Assembly: GCA_030704615.1 (NCBI GenBank)
Contig: CM060732.1
Location: forward strand, 48,484,001 to 48,548,000
DNA from: Takakia lepidozioides
Lineage: Eukaryota; Plantae; Bryophyta
Length of the DNA: 64,000 nt
Direction of reading: 5' to 3'
Shown here: one piece after another, positions 1 to 12,500 of the stretch
How the letters are laid out: the number at the start of each line of letters is the position of its first letter
Position numbering within the stretch: the first letter of the stretch is position 1
Translations under genes and position numbers: made by a program
The notes under the pieces: generated by a model
What the model saw: only the letters and a program-made list of their open reading frames with translations
Databases searched by the model: none
Told to the model about the DNA's origin: nothing

Positions 1-220
1 GCTAGGGAGATATGCAAATCCCCTAGGGATATCTGACCCTATGATTTACTTGGGTATGTATCCCCTCATCTAATCTCCCGATAATCTCTGTTTGTATATT
101 CTCTATCTTTCTAGTTTCCGTTTTCTCGCCTGTCTTAATTTTGTCGATATTCTGTGAACACTTTGGCTTCCTCATGTATTCAGAATAGCGACTTCACATT
201 TTATTTGACAGGTGAAGGAT

Positions 221-1396
221 ACGACGAGAGGTCTCCCGTCCTCAGGTTTGACGTAATTTTCTGATTTTAGTATTTGTTTCGTGCAGTGAAACCAAAGACT
301 CGGAAACGAAAATCAAGAAGGAACAAGGGTGCAAGTCGATCCGGAAAGGCCCTGGAGCTGAAGTGGAGGTACAAGAGCCTTTCGTCAGCCGAAGACGGTG
401 GATGCAGAAAAAAAACGTTATGATGTACCCCGCAGAAATCCCAGGGATGCCAGAAATGCCATAGATTCCCCGGGTGTGTCCTAATGTTCGGATGATACTC
501 CGCAGTCTGTTCGAAATTATCCTAGGTTACCAAGAGCATAGATTTTTTACCCTATAGTAGTGACATTTCAATTCAGTGCAATTTTGCACTTTCATTTTTT
601 TATACTTCGACACTGAACATTGGTCACTTGTGTAATGTTTTGTTCACATATTGAATGGAATGTTGGATCTAAAGCCACGTGCGTGTGTCTCGATTAATAT
701 TTCTACATATTGAAAAATGTCTCGTATCTTGACACTCTTGAGGACGGGAGGTCTCCCGTGCTTCAATACACTCATGAAAATTTATTATGCAAGTTGTTAT
801 TAAGGCTCTCCACTTTCTCTTCTCATAGTAGTCACTCTTGAGGACGGGAGGTCTCCCGTGCCTCAATATACTGTGCAGGTTTCTTTTTGCCTGGATTCTA
901 TTTATGGATTATTTTATTTTATTTTGATTATATCCCGATGCATACGGCTGCTGTCTGCCTATTTCCTCATAATATATTGTCACTGTTGAGGACGGGAGGT
1001 CTCCCTTGCCTCAATATACTGCGAAAGTTTGTTTGTGGTTGTATTCGGAGTATATTGAGGCACGGGAGGCCAACCCGTCCTCAATATTATACTCCGAATG
1101 TTGGCAGATTTTGTGGGCGGATTTTATCTTTGGACGGATTTTATCTGTGGAAAGTTTTTTTCATACTTAGAGGCATACCGTTGTCCACAAAATATTTGTC
1201 ACTCTTTAGGACGGGAGCTCTCATGTGCCTCAATATTCTCCGATTGTTTTTTTGTTCGTGGAATTTATTTATGGAAAGTAGTTTTTAGTAGTATACTGAT
1301 TGAATGTAGTATATCCAATTTTTCGGGTTTTAGTTCTCTATGTTCTTGCATTCCCTGTTGACATATATGGTGGACATGTGGCGACGGGAGATCTCC
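221..1396. repeat. Array of dyad-symmetric repeats, consensus GTCACTCTTGAGGACGGGAGGTCTCCCGTGCCTCAATATACT; probably DNA-transposon subterminal repeats
   Basis: Copies at ~221-244 (partial), 731-772, 831-872, 979-1020, 1043-1099 (inverted, long hairpin), 1198-1240 and 1384-1396 (partial). The core ACGGGAG-GT-CTCCCGT is self-complementary. Confidence 0.85.
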
Positions 1397-2369
1397 ATTC
1401 ATCTATTAAATATATTTATATGTTTTATTTAATTGTTTTTAAATTATCCTTTGCTTTGTCTTGCCCTTTAAGTGGTTAGCTTATAATGAACTTAGTGGAA
1501 TGTGCCAATGATGACTAGCTCCTCTCATGCTGATTTGCCAGATTCCATTGCATCCATTGTTTCTTCAAGAGCATCATTAGTCCATTGAGCCCCTTTTTCG
1601 GATGTTCTTGGATTGAGTTCTCTTGGAAATGGACTTTCTAGTTGTTGTTTGTTCAATTAGCTGGGATTGAGCATCAACTTCAGTAGGGTTGTTTGAACAA
1701 GAGGGTCTGCTAAGCCTCTTCGACTGCGGAGTCTTCTAATGGATTGATCTACTTGAGGAAGAGGGTCTATGACAGAACTAGATCTACGTCTAACCATTTT
1801 GCTGAGATTTGTTTATGAAAACCTACTTTTTGAGTCTTCTACGTACTGTTGGTATTCTAGACCTATAAACAAAGACTTATCATATTAGATTATGCAATCT
1901 AAATGACAACCCTAACCCTAATCCAAGCACTTCAACTAGATATTCACCTGCGAGGTTTGGGAATGACAATCAACTTCACTGGCCACTCCAAACCATGATC
2001 ATTGTACCACTATGCCAAGTTGATTCCTTTGGGCTTCTCCCCAATATAAGGTGCTTTTCCTGCTGAACTGGAATGTCGGTGGCGTACCCAACTCTCTACA
2101 AACTACAATAGGTGATTGTGAAGTTGTTGGGCATATCTCTTATAATCCTCATCTCCCTCTATAAACTCATGAAATAGCTTGAACTTGTCCCACTCCGAAT
2201 CTTCTTGCTGACCCTCATATTTTGTCACACCTTTTGGAACCCATCTGTGCACTACAACAATTCTCTTCCCATCTCACACTCTCTTGTCACTCCGTTTCCA
2301 CTCAAAATAAGCATACTACTTGCTAAAATGCCTATTCACTAGAACATCAACTGGATTGTCCCCTTGTAG

Positions 2370-2543
2370 ACAACCAGTGCATGTAGCCCAGTGGTAATGG
2401 GCACATACCACGTTGGATATGGTTCAAACCACCGTCTGGTGTGTCATGAAGGTGTCCACCTTCCTGCCTGGAAGGCAATAGCCCTTCGGGGTCAAGTGAC
2501 ACCATAAGTTACGCTCCCTTCGGGAGGCGTCATACTTTCTTTT
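2370..2543 (+). mobile_element. tRNA-derived SINE, copy 1
   Basis: A-box TAGCCCAGTGG, B-box GGTTCAAACC and a T-rich tail. Imperfect TSD TTGTCCCCTTGTAG (2356-2369) / TTGTCCCGTTGTAT (2544-2557). Homologous copy at 15527-15720 (-). Confidence 0.85.
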
Positions 2544-3118
2544 TTGTCCCGTTGTATATGGATGCTACCACTTGAACTAGAGCTTGTAGCCATGACCTTT
2601 CAAGAATGTGCAAGTGAAAGAATGACTAAAATGTGGAAGCAAGAAATGAACACAAGACATGAGCAACAAAGAAAACATGCGAGAATGAAGAAGCGGGAAA
2701 AATGGATAATCGTACTAGTTCAAATATAATATCATCATGTATACTACATATTGCCATTCAAACCTATGCTTTTTATGCACTTGTTTGATTTCAAAAACGA
2801 ACAAAAAAAGGTGCAAGGCGGGAAAAAAGACACCTATAATCGTTCAACTCACTAGCATATGTCGATTGTGCGGTCATAGGTTACAAGTCATCCATCCATA
2901 CAACTGTGAATGTTTTTTCATCGGTTGACCAGCAGATTGTCCGGGTATGCGGTAATAGGTCATACCCTATGCCAATAATGCACTTTGTAATGTTATATGT
3001 TGCCACATCACACCTACCAATACTTCAATTTTAGCCTCCATGAGTCACTAGATGTGGATTTCCATTTGTCAGATCATATTTTACTAGCAAATGGATGGTA
3101 TCGCACAATTCAACTGCG

Positions 3119-3276
3119 ATATATATATATATATATATAAGAGTGTCCAGTCTCGCCTCCTATATATACTGGCTACTAAGAAGCTTCCCCAAGAAGCTTC
3201 CCCTATGGAGGTTTCTTGATGGAGAAGCTTCTTTAAACAAAAGAGGTATCTTGATGGAGAAGTTTCCTCCAAAAGA

Positions 3277-3307
<31 letters not shown>

Positions 3308-3310
3308 ATA
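3119..3310 (-). repeat. Gypsy LTR fragment (3140-3284) between two (AT)n microsatellites
   Basis: 3140-3284 matches the reverse complement of ~15765-15855 (GAAGCTTC...TAGTAGCCAGTATATATAGGA.GCGAGACTGGACA). (AT)n at 3119-3139 and 3285-3310. Confidence 0.75.
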
Positions 3311-3999
3311 ATTCAAAGGGGAGGGAGCCTTGTAAATCGTATTAAGAAAGGTGTCCTGGAAAAATTAATCAGGACAAAAGGCCATAAGGATATTTTAGCA
3401 TTTGTAGCCACGCTTTTCAAAAACAAATAAAATTAATAATAATAATAGACGCCTCCCCAAGGGAGCGGAAATTATGTTGCACCACAAGGGCTACTGAACA
3501 AATACACTACCTTGGCAATTTCGACACAAATTTTAATATTTCAAATATTGTTGAAAATTTTGGAAATTTATTTTGTGAAATTAAATAACTTTGTGAATGA
3601 ATCTCCAGACTATAGACAAGCTGGTGTAATTTGGACATGTCCGTATATTCCTCATTGCATACAGTCCAATGGAACCCACATTGAATTGTTTGAAAGCTCA
3701 CTAACACTTCTTCATAAATAAACATGTCGAAATGTTGATGCTATTGGATTTTCGGGCACAAAGGTCTACTGTGGAGCATGGAGCAGAGCTGGCATGAGTT
3801 TTTTAAAGATCCCTCACATTTGTGGGAGAACCGCAATTGCAAGGTGGGGCTTTTTTAATGTATGATGTGAACAAGTTTTGTCCATCCTGCAAAATGTGGG
3901 CTCTTCCTGTTAGTAATATGATTTGGTATTTTTCCTTGTGTTTACAAGATACTTGGGGTCAAATTGGTCATAGGAAGCTGTGCTTGAATGGCAGCTCAG

Positions 4000-6017
4000 C
4001 TGCACTGTGGTGGCTCCTCACAGACCAATCGACCAATCCGAGATCACCTGACTGCCGACACAAGCTACACACACACAAGGTCATTTTGGGTTGATCGCCA
4101 GATTAATTCTGCAGGGGTGAGAGATAAGCTAGCTGCTTTCATGACATAAGGTCAAGGACACCTTCTTCTTCAACACATTCCAGGCTGTTTTACCCTCTTC
4201 TCAGAGTCGTCCCTAATTTCATGTCGAATTCTGCAAGTTAGCTCGTAGGGTCTATGGTGGTTTGGGGTGATTTTGACATGTTACTGCCGATGTGCCAACA
4301 TGCACTACTGCAAAAACAGATAGCAGCGATGAGGAGAAGCTGTGGAAGGAATATTTTTCGGACCTAAGTCAATGGTGGGACGATCAAGGTAAAAATGTGA
4401 ATGCCTATTCAATTACAGAGACAAAGCAGACAACAAGATGCATCACATTTAGCTTTATTGGAATTGTCACCCCAGCACATTTGGAAAGTTTAGGGAGTAA
4501 TTCAACATAGGAACTAGTGTGTCATGAGTAGGGTTGAGGTGTTTGTTGAATGATTGTAGGCTGTCATTGTCAGCTGCTAGCAGCAAGGCAAGAATATATA
4601 TATGATTTGTGGAGAGGCAGGGATAGAAGGAGCAGGGATTGGAGTGTGGGTCCAGAGTCATCCAAGAGGGCTCGATTTCAATTTTACTTGTGATTCCTTG
4701 TGGATGGATAGCTACAAGAAACCTACATGGGTAGATGGTCAATTGGAATCAGCAGCGGCACAGTTGATTAAATCAGGCGCCTTGACCATGACCATAGTTT
4801 CAGAGGACCAAGAGAGGGAGTCCACAATGCCTCTTCTGGTAGTTTTGGGCATGTGAGGATGCTATGTGAGGAACGGCGACTGAAAGAGGCTCTACAGACT
4901 TTAAACCAAGGGGGCATTTCAGCAAATTCAGATACTTATGTCAGTCTCTTGCATACGTGCATCAAGATGAAAGACCTGCAAGCTGGAAAGCACGTGCATG
5001 CTCACATTATCCAAAGTGGATTCAAGCCAAATGTTTTTCTACGCGACACCCTTTCCAACATGTATGTTAAGTGCAGGAGCATCGTTGATGCTCACCAACT
5101 GTTCAACAGAATGCCTCAACAATCTTTGATCACGTGGAATATAATGTTGGCAGGATTTACCAAGCATGGGTGTGGTACGAATGCTTTGGAGACCTATGAG
5201 CAAATGATGCTGAAAGGGGTGAAGCCCGACCACATCACATTTGTTTGCGTTTGCAATGTGTGTACGAGCCTGGCAGCCCTGAAAGAAGGCAAAGAGGTCC
5301 ATGGTAACATTGTCGAAGCTAGAATTGTACCAGATGTCATTCTGAACATTGCCCTGGTGGACATGTATGCCAAATGTGGGAGCATTGAAGATGCAAAGGG
5401 GGGTGTTCGACACTATGGCTGAATGTGATGTGGTGTTGTGGAACACGATGATCGCAGGACATACACAACAGGGTTGCGGGACGGAGGCTTTGGAGACATA
5501 TGAGCAAATGATGCAGGAAGGGACATATGATGCAAATGAGCATACCTGACATATGAGCATACCTAAAAAGGGCAAAGAGGGCCATGTTGACATCATCAAA
5601 GCTGGAATTGTACCAGGTTGCATTCCGCATGATACCCTAGTGGACATGTATGCCAAATGTGGCAGCATTGAAGCTGCAAAGGGAGAATTTGACAATATGG
5701 CTGAGCGGGATGTTGTCTCCTGGAACACGATGATCGCAGGATATGGCCAGCAATGGTGCGAGATGAAGCCACAAATGAGCAAATGCTGGGTGCAGCCGGA
5801 CCGGGTCACTTTCATTTATCTTTGCAAGGCATGTGCGAGCCTGGCAGCCTTGGAAAAGGGCAAAGTGGTCCATGGTGACATCATCAAAGCTGGAATTGTA
5901 CCAGATGTCACTCTGAACAGTACCCTGGTGGACATGTATGCCAAAGGGGGGAGCATCAAGGATGCAAATGTGGGCTCTTGGGCTCCTGTTAGTACCATGA
6001 TGTGGTATTCTTTCTGA
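4000..6017 (+). pseudogene. PLS-class PPR pseudogene with N-terminal OSB-type PDF motifs
   Basis: PPR motifs (YVSLLHTC, LVDMYAKCGSIEDA, DVVSWNTMIAGY, PDRVTF) in ORFs 4853-5422, 5349-5549 and 5553-6017, broken by frameshifts. Upstream fragments WW..TNPRSPDCRHK..FWVD, LWKEYFSDLSQWWDD and PRGLDF..SLWMDSYKKPTWVDGQL resemble the PDF motif of plant OSB proteins. Confidence 0.8.
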
Positions 6018-7980
6018 TGCTTACAAGGTTCTTGGGAGAGTCAGCTTGGTCTTAGTAGGCAGTGTTTCAATCTTTGCCCCCTCAGCTGCACCATGGTGGT
6101 TCTCACAGACCAATCCAACATTATCTGACTACAGACACAAGCAACACACACACAAGAGATCCTCTTGGTTCATGGTCAGTCAAATCCTCCATAGGTCATG
6201 ACACAAGGTCGAGGACAATGTGGTGAGGGGACCTTCTTCTTCGACCTATTTCAGCCTGAACATTTGCCCTCTCGTCAAACTCAGCCCTGAATTTGTAGCA
6301 TGGAGCAGAACTGGCATGAGTTTAAGATCCTTCTCGATGGTGGGACAACCGCAATCGCAAGGTGTGGCTTTTTCTGAAGGTACAATGTGAAGATGTTTGT
6401 CCATCTTGCAAATGTGGGCTCTTGGCTCTTGTTAGTACCATGATGTGTTATTGTTTCTGATGTTTACAAGGTTCTTGGGAAAATCAGCTTGGTCTTAGCA
6501 GGTCGTGTTTCAATCTCTGCCCGCTCAGCTGCACCGTGTTGGATCTCACAGACCACTCCGTCATTACCTGACTACATACCCAAGCAGCACACACAAGAGG
6601 TCATCTTGGGTTCATGGTCAGTCAAATCCTCCATGGGTCATGACACAAGATCGAGGACTGAGTGGTGAGAGCACCTTCTTCTTTGACCTATTTCAGCCTT
6701 TTTTGCCCTCTCATCAGACTCAGCCCTGAATTTGCAAAAAGAATTCTGTAAGTTAGCTCATTGGGTGGATCTGTGGTGGTTTGGAGTGACTTTAACAAAT
6801 TACTGCCAATGTGGCAGTAGGAAAATATGGCCCAAAAACAAATAACAGAGATGAAGAGAAGAATGTCACTAGTTAGCATAGAACTAGTGTCACTAGTGGG
6901 ACTAGTTAACATAGGAACTAGTGTGATAGGTAGGGTTGGGGTGTTTGCTGGAGAAATTCAAGCATTTTCCCTCTTATCAGTAGTAGCGGCTCTAAATTTT
7001 CATGTTGAATTCTGCAAGTTAGCTGGTTGAGTGAACCTTTGTAGTTTGGAGTGACTTTGACATAATACTGCCAATGTGACAACATGAAAGAATCTTGAAA
7101 CTGGTAACGGAGACCACAAGAAGCTGTGGAATGAATACTTTTTTGAACCAAGTCAACAGTGGGACAATCACGGCAAAAAGGTGAATGCCTGTTGGATTGC
7201 AGAGAGTAGAAGATGCAATTGAGCATAGGAACTAGTGTGAGAAGTTGAGTTGGGTCTTTCCTAGAACAATTCGAGGCTTGCATTGTCAGCTGCTAGCAGC
7301 AAGGCAAAGGTGAATGCATGATTTGGGCAGAGGCATGGATAGCTGAAGGAGCAGGGATAGAGTGTGGGTCCAGATTCATCGAAGACGGGCGGACTTCAAC
7401 AAGCTCCAAATTACCTATGATTCCCTGTGGATTAATAACTACTAGCAACCTGCATGGGTAGATGGTCAACTGGAAGCTGCAGCGCAGCGGCGGAATTGAT
7501 AAAATCAGACACTGCTAGTGCAGGCACCTTCTTCAACATATTTCATCATATTTTTCCTTCTTATCAGAATCAACCCTAAGTTTCCATGTTGAATTTTGCA
7601 AGTTAGCTAGTTGAGTGAACCTTTGATAGTTTGGAGTGACTTTGACATGATACTGCCAATGTGACAACAGGAAAATATCCAGAAACAGGTAACAAAGATG
7701 AAAAGAAGTTGTGGAATTAATACTTTTCTTACCCAGTCAATGGTGGGACAATTGAGGCAAGAAGGTGAATGTCTGTTTGATTCTAGAGAGTAGCAGATGC
7801 AATTGAGCATAGGAACTAGTGTGATAGGCTGAGTTGGGTGTCTCCTAGAACAAATCTAGGCTATCATTGTCAGCTGCTAGCAGCAAGGCCATGATGAATG
7901 CATGACTTGTGCAGATCAGGCATGGATAGCTGAAGGAGCAGAGATAGAGTGTGGGTCCAGATTCATCCAAGAGGGCCAAC
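5966..7980 (+). repeat. Degenerate tandem duplications of the 5' (PDF-motif) part of the PPR locus at 3770-4790
   Basis: Recurring blocks: AATGTGGGCTCTT..GTTAGTACCATGAT (~3893, 5967, 6411); TCTGCAAGTTAGCT-like (~4230, 6745, 7011, 7595); GTCAGCTGCTAGCAGCAAGG (~4569, 7285, 7869). Confidence 0.85.
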
Positions 7981-8989
7981 AAGAGGGCAGCTCTTTGTGT
8001 GCTTGATTCTCACTCCCATTTGGTGTTTGTCGTGATCTCCTTGGCAGGATTTCCCACCACAGCCCCTTTCTTCCAAGCAGCCAGTTGTCAACCTTGCTCT
8101 CCCATCCTTCACCCTCTTCGTCAGTGAAGTACTCCCATTCTTTTTTTTCATGTTCCAGCCATTTAGGTGCTTTCTCCTTCAATACTGCCTTCAATTTGCT
8201 GCATTGTCATGTGTTTACTTTCTGTGGTTTTAATTTGCTCATGCCCAACAGTTGGAAGAATTCCATGTGTTGGGATGATTCCACTCTGAGCTGCAATTTC
8301 CATTCTTTTCAGTTTTTCCCACAGGCTGGCTTTTGTTGGAACAGGTCTGTCCTCTTCACTTAAGTTTTCCTCTCCTCGTCATACTTCTCCAAATCTGGTC
8401 ATAGGCATCCTCATTTCCTTCTGTCTCTAGCCCATCATGCTCATCCTCCTTGACGTCCCTTGTGGTTTAGCTCTTGTTTGTGTGTCTCCATCAAAGGGAC
8501 ATCCTTCGTGTGGTGGAATGCTGCATGCTAAGTAGGAGCCTCGTGGATGTAGCAGGGAGCAACAACATCAATTGCACACTTGATAAAATCAGGTACCCTC
8601 ATATTCAATACATTTCAGCCTGTTCTGTCCTCTTTTCAGAGTAGTCCCTAATTGTCCAGCGAAGGGGAGGATGTATATGGATTATGGGTGTTGTGGTAGG
8701 GATAGCTAAAGGGGCACACAAAGTAGGGCTGGTTCTGTTTTCAGTGCACATGGTGCTACTTACAAAAGTATTCAATCAGAAATACAGGGTGATGAACTTG
8801 TGGCATGTGCCCTTAGACTGTGTTTTGTGGAGCCAGATTTTGGGACAACAGTGCTATTTTGTAAATCTGACTGACAATTGTTTAAGAGAATTTTTTTTCA
8901 CATCTGCTATTGTTGTCTTCAGTGCCTCTGTTATGTCCTTTCCACTTTGTCACTTTGTTCTTTCTTGTGAATGATGGTGTGTTATGATT

Positions 8990-9580
8990 TTCCAAATAAT
9001 ATTAAAAACCAAATTTTCAAACAACTGGATGCCACGTGTCCGACCCAACAAACCACTTTACAGTAAGCACCATGACTACACAACATCGCATCATACATTG
9101 ACACGTGTCATATCCTTGAAAAAACGCCTGGCAATGAGCTCCTACAGGCATAGTCATGGGAATGACTTTAAATACATTTAAAATTCAAAACAAACTAATC
9201 ATATGATGTCACGTGTCCAAATGTCAGCATGTTGGTAGTCAGGATAATGACTGCAAAGCCTCCTCATAATATGCCACGTGTCAATTTTGGAGACGCCAGA
9301 TGACGCACATCCACAAAAACCTCCTGGATTTATTAAAAAAAGACACGTGTACAGTTTGCAACAACACACTAAGTCATGTATGGTAGAAGTATATATGACT
9401 GCCAAATGACAGTCAGATGTATCACTTGGTTCATCTAACTATAGTCATACGTGACCGACCATCCTGTACTCATTGTATTCACTTGGTTTGCACGACTTGC
9501 AGTCAGCGAAGTCATATGTACCGTTTATGACTATGTGACAGTTATATATATAGTCATATATACCGCGTTTTGTTGTAGTG
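8990..9580. mobile_element. CACTA (En/Spm) transposon end 1
   Basis: TGTTGTAGTG ends at 9580 (reverse complement CACTACAACA), with GTCATATG/ATACC-type subterminal repeats. The inner boundary is approximate. Confidence 0.75.
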
Positions 9581-12500
9581 TCCGTCTTCTTGGTGATAAT
9601 TTATCATACAATGAAGATACTGCTCCAAAATCTGGTTTACACGTTCGGTTTGACCATCAGTTTGTGGATGATTAGTTGTAGAGAGGTTGATCTTAGTATC
9701 CAATATGTGAAATAATCCCCTCCAAAAATTTGATATGAACTGTGGTCATCGAGGAAATACGATGTCCTTCGGGAGTCCATGAATGCGGTAAATATTATTG
9801 AGGAAGAGTCTTGCAGTCTGCTCGCCGGTAACCGTCTTATTACATGGAATGAAATGGGTCATGGTAAAACAATCCACAATAATAAGGATTGAATCGGTGG
9901 TCTTGGAAATTGGAAGGTCCATAATAAAGTCCATAGACACGGATGACCATGGACCCTTGGGAATGGGTAATGGTTGAAGAAGGCCATAAGGTTGATGTCG
10001 TGGTCCCTTCGCTTTAGCACACGTGTCGCAAGATTTTATAAATTCTTTCACAAGTTTCCACATCTGCGGCCACCAATAGTCCCTGGATATCAATTCCATT
10101 GTTTTGATGATGCCGAAATGTCTTGTAGCCGGAAGATCATGACATGTTTGAAGAATTTGAAGTTGTATAGGTCCTGGAGGTACATAGAGAAGTCCCTTGA
10201 AGTAAAGTAAGTCATTTTTGAATTCGAAATCGTTTGTAACATGTGGGTGGTCTTGAAGTTGATTCAATTGACTTCGTAATATTTAGCAAATTGGTCGCTC
10301 TTCAGTGCTTCCTGAATCTCCTTTATGATCTATGCATCGTTGTAGGTGGACATGAATAGCATATTCAATTGGAGATTTGTTGGTTTTAAGATGATGGATT
10401 TCTGTTGGTCGAAAGCCGCGTCCTTTTTTTTTTGCGCAAGATACGATCGTGGAGAAAGAGCATCTAGTTTTCCTTGAAGATGTTCGGGACGGTAGGTAAT
10501 AACAAAATCAAACCTTGCTAGTGACATACTCTATCTCGCTTGACGTCGATTCAAAACACGAGCACTCATAAAATACTCGAGGTTTTTGTAACCAGTGTAG
10601 ACAGTGACATGTTGTTTAGCTCCCTCCAATAGATGACGCCACTCCTTAAAATGATCGATAATCGCTAGAAGTTATTTGTCATGGATTTCATAATTGATCT
10701 TCGCAGCGGAAAATTTGCGAGAACGAAAACCAACAGGGTGAAGTCGGCCATCCGTACCATATTGAGAGAGTACAACACCAAGTGCAAAGTCCGATGCATC
10801 TGTTTCAAAAAAGAATGGTTTAGATGGGTCTGCATGTACCAGTATTGGAGCTGTTGTAAATGCATGCTTCAGTCGTTCAAACGTCTGGTCAGCCTTTTCG
10901 TCCCATACAAATTTGTCATTTCCTATTAGTCGTGTCAATGGTGCAACAACTTTGGAGTAGTCCTTAATGAAGATTCTATAGAAATTTGCAAATTCCAGAA
11001 AACATTGTATATCTCAACCTTGCGTTGACGCAATATTGATTTGAGAAATGAAAATATCATTTTTTGAAGATTTTTTATTTTTTTTTTCCCTTGGGACACT
11101 CAATGATGGTTTGTATTTTCTTCTGATCCATAAAGACGCTTTTGTCAGAAATAAAGTAGCCCAGAAATTCAACCTCAGATTGATGAAAAAGACATTTTTC
11201 CAACTTGACATATAATTTTTTTTCTCGTAATTTATCAAAGACAAGGCGTACATGGCGGCCATCTTCATCTTCATTCTGTGAAAATATCAAAATGTCGTCC
11301 AAATAGATGACTACAAAGTCATCTAAAAATTCTCGAAAGATATCATTCATCATATGTTAGAAAATTGCTTGAGCATTTGTAAGACCGAAAGGCATAACAC
11401 TGTATTCAAAATGTCCATACCTTGTTCGAAAAGTTGTTTTCCATTCGTCTTCTTCTTTTATCCGTACAAGGTTATAAGTTCAGCTCGAGTCAATTTTGGT
11501 GAAATTTTTTGCTCGTCCCAGCTGGTCGAGAAGCCCAAAAATCAGCGGCAACAGATAACGATTCGTAACTGTGACTTTGTTGAGACCACGATAGTCTACA
11601 CACATGCGTAATGATTCGTCATTTTTTTTCCACAAACAAGATAGGCGCCCCCGCAGGTGATTTTGAATGTCGAATGAAGTTCTTCGACAAATTTTCATCA
11701 GCGTATTCACGTAATGCAGCCAATTCCGTCTGGGATAAGTTATAGATTGGGCCGAATGGTGGTTGGGCTCCTTCTTGTAACTCAATTGCACAATCATAAG
11801 GTCGATGTTCTGGCAATATGTCTGCATTTTTCTTCTCGAAAACATCCTTGAAATCTTGATATTGAGTTGGTAATGTTGAAGTACTTTTGTCTGTTCTAGT
11901 CTTGATCGGAGTCGCATAAAGTGCAAATGCCGCATCCTTTTTGGTAGCTCTCATGAAAGCTCTAGTTCCAAGGAACATGGGTTGAATACCTTTGATAATT
12001 CTACATTTTTGTCTTGCAAATTTTTTTCGCGATCGCCAGTCAATGTCAGGATTGTGAAGTACGAACCAGGGAAGTCCAAGGATCATAAGATTCGTTGGAG
12101 ACTGGATGACGTTGAAAACAATATGTGATGCTTGATCTTTAAGCTTCACTTCAAGTGGTCGAGTTTCATGGTCAACATTTCCTGATGCTAACGGTCGTCC
12201 ATCGATGACTTCAACGGAGGCCGAAAGTTTCTTCTTTACGAACGTTAAATCGTGTTGCTTCGCAAAGTTTTTGTCAATAAAACATGCTGAAGCCCCTGAG
12301 TCCAAAAGTGTTTCTACAGAGATATCTCGATTTTGCACTCTGGTTTTTACCGGAACTGTGAAACAAGGTGTAGGGTCTGGAGGTAGATAGATACTTTTTT
12401 TTGGTGAAGAATTTGTGGTGTCCAGCCGCATGGTCCCTGCTGTGACTGGACATCTTCGTTTTCCGACCTCCTCGTATCGAACACTTGAGTTGCGCCCCGA

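Noticed and set aside
731-1240. CRISPR array
   Set aside because: Eukaryotic context, no cas genes, irregular spacer lengths, one inverted copy and degenerate repeats.
1909-1921. Telomeric repeat (CCCTAA)2
   Set aside because: Only two units.
2250-2260. CACTACAACAA as a third CACTA TIR
   Set aside because: None of the subterminal GTCATATG repeats follow; probably chance.
2370-2450. Functional tRNA gene
   Set aside because: Has A/B boxes but no acceptor stem; continues into a conserved body and T-tail and has TSDs, so it is a SINE.
5039-5815. 258-aa antisense ORF
   Set aside because: Shadow of the PPR frame; the same applies to 63173-63877 opposite the transposase.
7980-8640. Captured host-gene fragment on the minus strand
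   Set aside because: Looks coding but is broken, and I cannot assign it.
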